The notes under the pieces: generated by a model
Database searches by the model: none
Told to the model about the DNA's origin: nothing
Seen by the model: only the letters and a program-made list of their open reading frames with translations
Program-made: the position numbers and the translations under genes
Part shown: one piece after another, positions 35,265 to 46,731 of the stretch
Layout of the letters: each line of letters starts with the position of its first letter
How positions within the stretch are numbered: position 1 is the stretch's first letter
Origin: Obrimoposthia wandeli
Lineage: Eukaryota
DNA length: 64,000 bases
Direction: 5' to 3'
NCBI GenBank assembly: GCA_977020255.1
Contig: CDROCS010002398.1
Coordinates: forward strand, 310,001 to 374,000

Positions 35265-36132
35265 AGCTTACAAAACCAGCGGTCCTAATAATTTATGGCA
35301 AATGGATTTGATGGAGATGATCCCATATTCTTCCATTAATAAGGGATATCGATATATTTTAACATGTATTGATGTATTTAGCAGGTTTGCTCGTGCAATT
35401 CCAGTTAAAGCAAAGTCTTCAATAGCTATGCTTGAAGCCATTAAAGAAATATTAAAAGAGGACATTCCACAAAATGTGCAAACTGATTTAGGAAAAGAAT
35501 TTTATAATAAGCAAGTACAATCATTATTTAAACAAAATAATATAAATAATTACTCTGTGTTTTCACAATACAAAGCAGCAGTAGTAGAAAGATTTAATCG
35601 TACTCTAAGAGATCGAATAAAAAAGTATTTTACAAAAGAAGGAAATAAAAAAATGGATCCAAGTTTTACCTAAAATAATACATGCATATAATCACTCTGA
35701 ACATAGAGGTCTCAAGGGAATGAGACCTGTTGATGTTACTAATAAAAACTCTATTGACATTTGGATGAACAGGAATAAAAAAGATAAAATTAAAAAAGCT
35801 AAATATAAGAAAAATGAATATGTTCGAATTTCGAAAATTAGCTCTACTCCATTTATTAAAAACTTTGATCAGAATTGGAGCGATGAAATATTTTGTATAA
35901 GTAAAATTGATCAAAAGAGTAATCAATAATGTATACTATTAAAGATGCTGACAATAATATCGTTCACGGTAAATTTTACGAGCAAGAACTACAAGTAATA
36001 TCAAATAAACCTAGCGTTTTCCGTATTCAAAAAATATTAAAATCTAAGGGTACAGGTAAACATAAACAATACTTTGTTAAATGGCATGGTTATTCTGACC
36101 CAACTTGGATATCAGCATCTAATATAATATGA
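35104..36132 (+). pseudogene. rve integrase with chromodomain-like C-terminus, two frameshifts
   Basis: WQMDL, CIDVFSR, QTDLGKEF, VERFNRTL, YFVKWHGY; frame changes near 35650 (A-run) and 35928. Confidence 0.93.
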
Positions 36133-37186
36133 ATTCTATGTATATGGTTTTACCAAGTAACGGTTGTCCGAAGACTTAACCATATAATGACGCTAGTAGC
36201 TTTATTATCGATTGGGAAAATTCTATAAATCTCCAAGGAGAATGGGAAGCGGCTTTAACAGAATTTTCTTTTTATTATTCTCCAATTACTATCAAAAAAA
36301 CTCACATATCTCGTTTACAAAAGAAGTTGATAATGAAATAACAACTGAAGTTGTGATCGGGTTTGATAGTAAAGGACAATTCTATTACAATAGTATAGAT
36401 AAAGAAGTGAAAGTAATATTTGAAAATAACAAAGTCAGATTTAAAAATCGATTAAAAGTTCTTCAAGTTATTAAAATTAATTTTGAATCTAAAAAAGAAG
36501 CTCTTCAATTCAGTTTTGATAGTGAACAAACAGTAGCTCGTAATAAACGGGATATTATCTCATCTAAATCGGTTAGAAATGTTCCTGGTAGAGTAGCAAA
36601 AGTGTTGTTACTTGAAACGAGACCAAAGACTGTAGTGGAACTGAAAACGTTTTCAAAAGATTATAAAATAGATAGTGAAGTGAATTTCTGTAAATTAATA
36701 CAGAAGGAATGTAGTGAATATTTTGATAAATGTGAAACATTAAATGGTAAATTAACGTTTACAGTAAAGAGCAATATAAAACGAGTTTCATTTGATGATA
36801 AACTCGCTAAAAACCTTGGTTTAAACAGAAATACCTTTGAAACCCATACAATAAAAACCATAAAAGCTAAAAATAAGGCAAAACTTTTAAATGCTGTTAA
36901 TCATTTATATATTTATACTAATTTAATAGAACCAACGCTTGTAGGAGGACAGCGAGTTCCACTTTTGAGAACAATATGGATATCTAAAAATGAAACTAGA
37001 GATGGGGACGCTGTCGGTATGTGTATAGATCAACCAATGTATCTTCCAGTTTCTCTCTTTTCTATAAACAATATTGAAGTAAATATTAGAGATGATTCCG
37101 GACAACTAATAGATTTCACGTACGGGGCCAAGACAAGTTTAACAATACATTTAAGAAAACAAAATGGCGAATCCAGCAATAATTGA
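36129..37186 (+). pseudogene. Minor capsid protein (penton), N-terminal frameshifts
   Basis: MNSMYMVLPSNG start; LYIYTNLIEPTLVGGQRVPLLR, MYLPVS, NIEVNIRDDSG. Confidence 0.88.
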
Positions 37187-37541
37187 AGCTTATAGTCAAA
37201 GCCAACAAGGTGGAGAATTACCATATTTTGTTGGTAAACAATACGGATCTGGCTGGCTTAGAACATTAGGTAGATTTGCCTTTCCTCTTTTAAAGAGACT
37301 CGGGCGATTTATATCAAAATTAGGAAAGGATTACCTTTCATCTAAGGACAACAAACTAATACCAACTTTTAAGAAGCATGCGCTTGATGAACTTGATAAT
37401 GTTTTACCTGAAGTTGCTGATTTGATTAGAAAACGTAAATCAAATAAAAGCCAAGGAGGTAGTGGATTTAAAAGTAAAAAGAAGCTAAAAATTAATATAA
37501 ACAAACGTAAGAATGTTGAAGGAACAATATTTGCAAAATGA
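37164..37541 (+). CDS. pX-like small virion protein
   Basis: QQGG-ELPYFVGKQYGSG-WLRTLGRFAFPLLKRLGRF; paralogue of 3355. Confidence 0.75.
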   Translation: MANPAIIEAYSQSQQGGELPYFVGKQYGSGWLRTLGRFAFPLLKRLGRFISKLGKDYLSSKDNKLIPTFKKHALDELDNVLPEVADLIRKRKSNKSQGGSGFKSKKKLKININKRKNVEGTIFAK

Positions 37542-38767
37542 GTTGCGCCAAAACTGAATTATGTATTTTTGATAAACCGCTTCCACAAGTAGTTGTAGAT
37601 AATGCTTCCTTTGAAGAAATATTCCTAGTTAACTCAGTTTCAGGAACCACTTTAACCGATTTAGAATTTAATATTAATGGTTCCAATAGCGAGTATTTAG
37701 ATTTGAATGATACTTTGCTTTATGTTCAAATAAAAGTATTAAATCGGGATGGTACTAATTTAGATGAAAATGCCGATGTAACACCTGTAAATTATCTCTT
37801 TAATTCTTTATTTAATGATTCCATTGTTACTCTTAATAATGTCAAAATTGAAGGTGGAAATTCTTCCTATGCTCATAAAGCTTTGATTGAAAGTCTTTTG
37901 AATTATAGTACTGATACTCAAAATACTAATTTGGTAACCATTGGTTATGATAAAACTGTTGCAACTCGCAAAGAATGGATTGCAGGTTCTAAAGCTTACG
38001 AAATGTGTGGGTCTTTGAGATTGAATTTCTTTGAACAACCGAAATATTTAATTCCCGGTGTTAATGTACATCTTCGTTTGAAACGTAATAAATGGAATTT
38101 TTCTTTGATAAGCGCGGACCTTTTAAAACCTAGACTTGATATTTTGGATGCAAAATTGTATGTTTGAAGAGTTTAAACCGAGCAATCAGTTTTAATGGCA
38201 CATAATATAGGAATGGAAAAAAACAATGCTTGTTATCCTATTAGAGAAACTAAACTTATATCTTATTCTTTAGGTACGGGTACACAAGCTTTTAATAAGG
38301 ATCAAATTTTTGGTGATGTAAGATTACCGAAATTCATTTTAATTTCTTTTCAAAAACCTGCAAAGTTTCTAGGAAATTATACGACAGATGCAACTCAATT
38401 TGACAATCTTAATGTTGGTTCAGTGACACTTTCAAGAAATACTGATTATCGTGAAACATATAAAACAGATTTCGAAGGTAACGCTTATGCTTTGGCTTAT
38501 ACGCAATCTATTATTCGGAATTTGGGTCAACTAGATAAAAATATAAACAATGGTATTTCTTTCACTGAGTTTAAAAGCAGCTGCCCGTTCTTCACATTCG
38601 TTTTGGCACCAGACTTTGATATAAACCAATGCCAACTACCAAAGGATGGAAATTTACGACTAGAAATTAAGTTCAATGCAGCTTTAACACATCCTACTAC
38701 GGTGCTTATTTACGGAGTATTTGATTCGGAAATACAAATCAATAAAAACAGAACTGTCATATTATAG
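37538..38767 (+). pseudogene. Major capsid protein (hexon-like) with two in-frame stops near 38165-38176
   Basis: Both ORF halves are in the same frame; LYV*RV*TEQSVLMAH aligns with LLVRRVKVEPSVLVAH of element A. Confidence 0.92.
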
Positions 38768-38768
38768 A

Positions 38769-39149
38769 ATGGAGTAAGACATATTTTAAATTTATATTTA
38801 TTAATTTTTATTTAGTTCAAAACAAGTAAAAGAATCAGCAGAGAAGGTCCTGGGTGATAAATTCAATGGAGTTTATCCTATTGATATGATTCCATTTTTT
38901 TAATCTGGAGGTTACATTATCAATACTCATACTTCGAATTTACCAGGAGAACATTGGATAGCTATTTATGTTAGAGAGTGGACAATACATGTATTTGATC
39001 CACTTGCAATGTATTATCCACACAAACTTGTTTCAACTATTCAAAAAGGACGAAGAAGAGTATTTTACAACAAGATACAATATCAGGATCCTGCGACGAG
39101 AAACTGTGGACATTTATGTATTTTATGGTTATCGTTGCAAAACAATTAG
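38769..39149 (+). pseudogene. Adenain-like protease, intron 38774-38815, frameshift in a T-run near 38895
   Basis: ATGGA|GTAAGA...TTTAG|TTCA gives MDSKQVKE; NTHTSNLPGEHWIAI; YQDPATRNCGHLC. Confidence 0.85.
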
Positions 39150-39408
39150 TGTGTTATAAAAATAAAAATTTTAAATGTTTTATTTTGAATTATTTTTTAA
39201 ATCTCTAAAAATATAAGGGTAAAATAATAAAAGACATAAGACAATTTTTTTAATACATTTATTAATCACAACATCACAATGAGATATTTCAGCAAAGATA
39301 AGGTCCATCCTAAAAATGTATTGAAATAACAAATAAGTTAGAGTCTAGGTGCCATAGGGATCTAAAATTAAAAAAAACTAAACTAAAAAATCAAAAAATG
39401 AAAACCGT

Positions 39409-42400
39409 TTAAATTCTGAAGTGTCCATAAGCCAGGCTAGCGTTCTTTTCTATCCAAAAGCGCTTGTCTTCATTACTACTCAAAGCTATTTTGGTTGATT
39501 TATGGGAATACAGTTGATGGGCTCTTGAAATAAATCTAGTTTGCTCAACGCTTTCAATACACCCAGTATCATAAACTTTCCGGTAGGCCTCATGTGTAAG
39601 ATTGTTTCTTCCCACACCCTTTGCTCTCATTGAACATGTATTATTAGATGCATGTAAACTGTAGCATTTAGGGCGTAGGAAAATACAATCATCATACGAA
39701 ACCTGTCCCTCGCTTTCATCCTTAAATTTCCCGATAATGTCCTTTAAACTCATAGAGTGTAGAGGATGGTTAGCGGGATATTTATGGGTATCTAGTAAGT
39801 TGTCCCTAAATTTTTCCTAATAATTTCCCAAGAGCTTAATGTACCCAACGCATATTTAAGTATATGATGCAAATCATATCCTTTGAGGTTATGAAACACG
39901 ATGGGAATGCGTGGTTTTTTAGGGAGACGACGGCCAAGGTTACAAAGGTTGCACGCCGCTCCCAAGTATCGCCCCGTAACATGATCGTGATCTCTGACTA
40001 ACTTAGACTGGGTTCCACACAAATAACATAATCTACACGAATTAAAATTAACCCAGTCTATGCCTGTCATGATCATTGCTTGATGAGCATTGAGATCATA
40101 CCACGGTTTGACAATTGTTGTTCCTAATTCCTCTAATTTTGACATAAAATCTAAAATACAATTTGGACCGGAAAATTTATGATACTGGGTAATATTGGGG
40201 CCTAAGAATAGTAGTCCTGCCGAAGCCGGTAGGTGAATACTCTCATACTGGTCGTGCAATGCTAAAATTGACTCAAAATCTGCATACACCCTGAATTCCA
40301 CGGGTATGCATTTTGCCCAATCCCTGAATTTTAAATCCTTATCCTTAGGCATGCTATATAGCGTATTGTCATCAGGATTCAGTGAACATAATGTCAGATG
40401 TTTGCTGTAAGAGAGCTCGGATCGGAATCCATGCAAACATCTATGACACCACTTACACCCAGTGGTGGGATTCAAACTGTTTAGGAACCGGTTCGCGCGA
40501 ACCGGTGCGAACCCTTGAATCCCACCACTGATTATATAACAGTATCATGTGATAAATTTAATATTTAGTGTATCATATTATAATATCCCATTACAAATTA
40601 CATGTAAAACACTCGATATAATTTATCATTAAAATATATTTATCAATTTTACTTAAACGGTTGAACCATTGTTATATGTAGAAGGTTCATTTCACCATAT
40701 TATATATACATGAAAAAATCTGTGCTCTGATTTTTTTATGTTTAAATATTAATATATTGTAGTTAAATGTTTGCTGAATTTTAATAATAGTTTCGAAATT
40801 TTGACTTTCCCATTAATATTAATATAAGAATAAATTAAAATTAAAATAAATTACATTAGTACATTAGCTAAGATATTTTTTGACGTAAATTATTCATTTA
40901 TAAGACTATTTTATGCTGCAATGATAATTTTGATTGTTTATTATATTAATATGTATTGTTTAAAGTAAAAATAATACATTTGAATTTATATATACATTAT
41001 ACAGAGGAAGCATATGTTAGTACGCGTTCAATCAACGAATTAAAAAATTATATCTTTTTTATCCAGATGATTATGTACGTTTCAGTCGAAGAAGGTAGTT
41101 CAGGCGGTTCTGCGAACTTTTATATTTTTAGGAACCGGTTCGCGCGAACCGGTGCGAACCCTTGAATCCCACCACTGCTTACACCTTATCCTAACCGGTA
41201 AGGCTCCATTATCTAAATTTAGAAGACGATCTAAACTGGGAATTGTAGCATAATGGAATTTATTATTCTGTTTGAGCAAAATGAAGTTGACCTGAGTCCC
41301 CTCATATTTGCTCCTATAAATTACATCTACAAAAGGATTTTTAAAAATTTCTTTATCTGTTACATAAACTGGGATATCAGTATTACATTTGAATACATTA
41401 ATACTCAAGTTATTAAGATGTTCAAATCTTGATATCGCAGTTAATTTAACAGGAAAATCTATTCCATGATACTGCAATTCATTTAAAAAAGGGTATATTT
41501 ACTGACACGCTCTCTATGCTCAGTAATTACATCCCTTTTGAGGATGGCCAACACGCTATACAGAAAGCAAAAGTTATCACTGTTTTGTACGTTAACAATG
41601 GAACCTGAAAGTTGAAGAGATCTAGGTGAAGGAATGTATGAACTCCCCGAAAGATATATCATGTCAGTGAACTTTGTTAGAACAAAGCTAACATCGTGAA
41701 TTCTAACTAGAGTCCATCCACTACTTAACTCGCTATAATTAGCAATTTTTTCATCCAGGTTTCTTCCAATTTCAGTTACAAAATTATCATAGAAAACAGT
41801 TGCTTTATGTGAAATTACCCAAGTTTTAGTCTCCTCATTGACATTTTTAAACTGCACTGTTGCACAAAATTGAACCTTAGCCTGTTCTAATTTAGTCACT
41901 TCTGATTTTACAAGATTTTCAATATTTGAATCTACACCTACGTTTAATAAAATTTCATTTCCTAATGGCACCTTAACTATAACATATTTATTATTTAGGT
42001 GATACTCTATAGTAGCACCGTTTTCTCTACGTTTTTTTGGTGGGACCTTATTAAGAAATTGGCCTCGCCTCTTTCTTCCGTTTGTCGCTGACAAACCTCT
42101 CCCTAATTGAACGGGAAGACAACTAGTTATATTAATCGCAGCTGAGGTTGAAGGTGCTGCTATTGGTGATGCTGCCGATGTTGAGGCAATTGCAGCTAAT
42201 GTTGAAGGGGCTACTGTAGCAGGTGCTGCTATTGGTGATGCTGCCGATGTTAAGGCAATTGCAGCTAATGTTGAAGCGGCTACTGTAGCAGGTGCTGCCG
42301 ATGTTGATGAGACAGTGGCAGTTGTAAAGGCTTCATTTGAAGCTGACCTTGCCGATGAAGAAGCGGCTGTTGTAGAGAAAATTGTAGAAATTCTAATTGG

Positions 42401-42462
42401 TGAAATTCCGATGACTGGAAATCCGATCAATTTCTTCTCTGCCTTTTCTTGTGTGACGACTA
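39409..42462 (-). pseudogene. polB: Protein-primed PolB, internally deleted (polymerase core missing) and interrupted by a hAT MITE
   Basis: INVQNSDNFCFLYSVLA, VYADFES, CYLC..DHDHVTG, FHNLKGYD, then a jump to GKFKDE/LRPKCY/SSNEDKR; motifs A, B and C are absent. Confidence 0.9.
40460..41177. mobile_element. Non-autonomous hAT-type element (MITE) with 8-bp TSD CTTACACC
   Basis: TIRs CAGTGGTGGGATTCAA / TTGAATCCCACCACTG; CTTACACC at 40452-40459 and 41178-41185; removing it restores RIRCKWCHRC in PolB. Confidence 0.92.
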
Positions 42463-42559
42463 CTGGAAACGATGGTAATTTGTTTGGATTTATATAAGAT
42501 TTACCTTTATGTGGTTCGGACGCTAATGGATTTCCTCGGAATTGGTGTGTTGGCGATCA

Positions 42560-42840
42560 ACTGCAGACAATTTCTTCTCTAATGTGGCGATCAACTGCAG
42601 ACAATTTCTTGAAATTAGCAAACTGCTTGGTTAATTTTCTGCTTCTCTGTATTGGCGACTACTTATCTGAATCGGCTTCTCTGAATTGGCGCCTGCTTTC
42701 TAATTCCAACTTCTCTAATGTGGCGACTGCTTTCTAATTCCAACTTCTCTAATGTGGCGACTGCCTTCTAATTCCAACTTCTCTAATGTGGCGATCAACT
42801 GCTTTCTAATTCCAACTTCTCTAATGTGGCGATCAACTGC
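42560..42840. repeat. 34-38 bp tandem repeat in the PolB 5' region
   Basis: TTCTAATTCCAACTTCTCTAATGTGGCGA core repeated about four times, plus partial copies. Confidence 0.85.
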
Positions 42841-43658
42841 AAATAACGGTAAGTTTATTTGGTTTTATATTAAATTACCTCGTCAGTTGTCTCCTGTCTT
42901 CAATCGGTTCTGCGATAATTCTCCTAATTGGTATTCTTCTGGTTCGCACTGTGGATAGCGGTAATTTAATTTGTGTGTATCGATAATTTTACCTCTTCAG
43001 TTGTCTCCTGATCTGGTTCTGCTGGCGCGACGGTGATTCACTCGGCTTGTGGAGATGTGTGTCTCTTGCTGGCCCGATCCTGGTTTCTCGATGACGATGA
43101 CTGTTGCTGGCTGCGAGACTGTGATTCCGTGGGAAATTAATCAGCACCTGTCAATTATGACAGTTTACATGCAAATTAACTCCGCTTACCTTTGATGCCG
43201 TTTGACTAATCCGGCTGGCTCCCACGATAACGCTGCTTGTTAATTTCCCCCTCGTCGATGATTTCTTCTTGTAAATTAATTTATTCGTTTCTTTCTTCTT
43301 TGCCTTCTCGTTTCTAATTTCTTAGTTTTGATTTCTCGTTTAACTCTTGTATTTTGGGGCCCTTTATTTAATTTCAACCCCCTATATATACTGCGCACTA
43401 CACACGACCTTCGTGGTCCTTAATATTTAATTTTACTCTTAATTTTACTATTTTAATACTAATATTTAATTTTTTATTTTAATTATAACCTTGCTTCCAA
43501 GGATTTTATTTCTATATAATTTAGATCAATTATTTAATTTTTTCAATTCCCTATCCTAACAATTGGTTGAAAAAATAATTTTATTCCTCCAATCAAAAGG
43601 CTTATTTGTAAATAATTGTAAAATTTTAATAATGAATTCCTCCAATTAGAATAATTGT

Positions 43659-44146
43659 TTATCTACATGTCAAATAATAATAAGAAAGACTTAAAAAAAT
43701 TTTATATGCGCAATGGTCACCATGATTACGATATGGACAGCAAATATTTTGTGGAATATTTAATAGATGATCACGTGAAATATTTAAAGTATTCAACCTC
43801 AATTTAGGAAAATATTTTTTTAAAGTCTTATATTTTTGCCATCCATTTCATCTAAAACATAAAAAATTCCATTTTCAATATCAAAATTAGATTTAATAGT
43901 ATCGAAAATACATATTTCACAAAAAGCCTTATGTCCTTCTTTCCATTTTAATAAATGGAAATATTTAGTTATATATAAATTAGTACATTTTTTCTTATAA
44001 TCTAAACTTTTAAATGGGATATCTATATGAAATATGAAATGCAAAGGATGAAAAACGTCGCATACATCCATAATACATAATTCTTTTATAATATAATCCC
44101 CATTTTTGTTAATGAAAGCCTCAAAATCTATGATATATTCCTGCAT
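43659..44146 (-). pseudogene. DEDD-like exonuclease-type protein, frameshift near 43825
   Basis: YIIDFEAF...IKELCIMDV; continues in another frame as ...CCPYRNHGDHCAYK; paralogue of 5398. Confidence 0.65.
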
Positions 44147-44293
44147 AATTACCCAAATTGTAGCAAATCCCGTTGTTTATAACGAAAAACTATTAATCAA
44201 AAATTTATTAAAATGACAAGGTAGTATTTAGACAATTTTATATTTAGACAATTTTATAACATAATCAATAAAGACAAAATAATAATCAAAAAT

Positions 44294-44614
44294 TTATTTT
44301 TTTGTGGAAGGACCCTCTTCCGGTTTAATCTGGAGGATTCGCTTTCTTGCTGCTCGCCGAACATCCTCCGTCTCTTCTCTTCTTTTTTCCTCCACCTTCT
44401 TTTTTTCCATTTCGATTTTCTTGTTCCACTCCACAACCCGACGTCGTTCTGCTAGCCGCCTGTCCTGAATCTCCACCCGACGATTCCACTCGGTCGCGAA
44501 AGCAGTATATAAATTCTGGTTGAGGATCCTCTTTCGTAAGTCTCCTTTCTTCACATTTATTCTTATGTTTGCCTCGATCTTCGTCACCAAACTTTGCAAT
44601 TTAATAAATTCCAT
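44294..44614 (-). CDS. Charged coiled-coil hypothetical protein
   Basis: 106-aa ORF with an EWNRRVE/EWNKKIE internal repeat; TATA-like element upstream near 44650. Confidence 0.55.
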   Translation of the reverse strand: MEFIKLQSLVTKIEANIRINVKKGDLRKRILNQNLYTAFATEWNRRVEIQDRRLAERRRVVEWNKKIEMEKKKVEEKRREETEDVRRAARKRILQIKPEEGPSTKK

Positions 44615-44790
44615 TTTTTAATTATGAAGATGTTAATAAATTTGAACCTATATATATAAATTTAAGATATTTTTAATCCAATCACAAGCAATTAAAATAT
44701 ATTTATCAAATGAAAGTTTAATAAATATATAACTAATCATTGCATTTATATTTAATCCTAAAAAAAATTAATTATTCCTTAACAATCCAA

Positions 44791-46186
44791 TCACATTCGA
44801 ATGGCCCGCTTTGTCCTTTTCTTAGGGAAAGGAGTAACTTCTCCCCAAGTCTCCTCAATTATCCGGACAGGTTCCTGCAAATGAAAATAAAAATAAAATT
44901 TATAATAAATTTTATTTAATTAAAAAAATATTTAAAATACCAAAAAATTACCTCAATAATCTTATACGGAAGTTTTTCCTGCCGCTCAATCGTTACTTCA
45001 CTCGAATTGAGCAGACAGGATTTCGCCTTTCTAAGACGCCGTGTCTTCCGTACAGCAGCCTGCCTCGTTCGCTTCTGCGGGAAAGGAGAAATTTTGGCCC
45101 ATGTCTCCTCAGTTAATATTATTGGTTCCTGCAATAAAAAAACATTAATAAAATTTAAACATATAAATAATTTACCTAGATGACGGGCAGATAAGCCTGT
45201 TTCACCAACTTGGCCTTCTTTCGATGGACCGTATTGGTTTTGACCCGATGGCATCGAGGTTTCTTAACTGCCGCTTGCTTCCTATCGACAGGAAGTCTCC
45301 GAGATGCCTCCTCCCAAATTTCCTCCACCAATTCAGCTTCCTAAGTGAATAATTAAATAAATTTACCTAATTTATAATAATATACCTCAATTTTAGCCGG
45401 AGTCGGTAGGTATCTCTGATCACTCCTGGGATCATCCTGGCTACATTGACTCGCCAAGTGATGTCTAACCTCATTCGTCGCCTTTATCCTCCTAACAGGA
45501 CGTATCGGAGATTGTGGCCTTCTGAATGGATCAGGCACTGTATTGTCGGGTATCGGAGTCGGAGTTGTAGAGGGAGTGAGACCATCCCATTCGTCGGTGA
45601 ACAGATGCCACTCATCTTCATCCATTTCTGCAACCATGGACTCGTTGGCTCCTGGGGCTCCGATACTTGGCTGTATCCACTCATCCTCCCCATCCGACGG
45701 AACGTCATCAGTAAACAGCTCCTCGTCTGAGTCTGGTGCCAGTATTATCTCCGGTTGAGACAGCGGGATCAATTTCCAGGGGCATTTGATTGCCGCCTCA
45801 ACATTGTCAAAGAGATTGGATCTCCTTGCTGCTACTGCTGAAGTTGCCGGACGATTGGCTTCTGTGTTCAGCCTGGGAGTACAGTCTTCCCAATTCTCTA
45901 TCGAATCCTGACTAGTCAGATCGATATATTGGGATCTCTGTACCCCACTTCGCACGCTCATTGGTTCTTCTCTTGGAGTTGAGCTGGCCAATGGCGGTTC
46001 TTCTAGCAACAGTTTGGCTCTTGCTGCTGCTTCTCCTTCGTCTCCTTCACTCACCACCGACGAGTCTTGACTAAGTAAGTCAATGTACTGTGCCGGTGGT
46101 GGCGTTCGCTGCTGTACTGGAGAGAGATCCCCATACAGCTGAACCTCCGTCTCTTCATCCAAATCGACGTTTTTGAAATTTGACAT
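44791..46186 (-). CDS. 4-exon acidic/basic protein with SUMO-interacting-like motifs (introns 45341-45385, 45129-45175, 44875-44951; TAG at end of exon 2)
   Basis: ATG 46186 after a TATA box; YIDLLSQDS and YIDLTSQDS; exons 2-4 start EAELVEEIW / EPIILTEETW / EPVRIIEETW; phase-0 GT-AG junctions. Confidence 0.7.
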
Positions 46187-46269
46187 TCTTGCTTCTTGAT
46201 TAATGATATTTGATTTATGAAAAATAATGAAAAGAGGTTTCCTTATATACAAAAATAATAGACTAACCC

Positions 46270-46538
46270 TCTTTTGTCGTCCAATGAGAGCGGGTTAATC
46301 AAATAATTTATTTGAAAATCAGTAGGCTTTTCTCAATTTTTTAACTATGTTTGAATGCTGGAATGTCATTGGATAAAACATATTTTATTCGAAAATATAT
46401 AACTAAACTTTTGTCGTCCAATGAGAGCGGGTTATTCAAATAATTTATTTGAAAATCAGTAGGCTTTTCTCAATTTTTTAACTATGTTTGAATGCTGGAA
46501 TATCATTGGATAAAACATATTTTATTCGAAAATATAAC
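46270..46538. repeat. ~140-bp tandem duplication upstream of the SIM-motif gene
   Basis: TTTTGTCGTCCAATGAGAGCGGGTTA...GGATAAAACATATTTTATTCGAAAATAT occurs twice. Confidence 0.85.
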
Positions 46539-46731
46539 TTTTTTCTTAAGATTTTCTTAAGATTTTGTTGCATAAGTTTAACGTCCAATGAAAACGTATT
46601 ATTCCAAGAATTTATGGTATTTTCTTAAATTTTGTTGATGTTTGAATACATGTATGTCTTTGGATTTAAAATAGTAATATTTTTTTTGACTGTACATGTT
46701 TGGATGGTATAAAAAATTCATGAACTCATTT

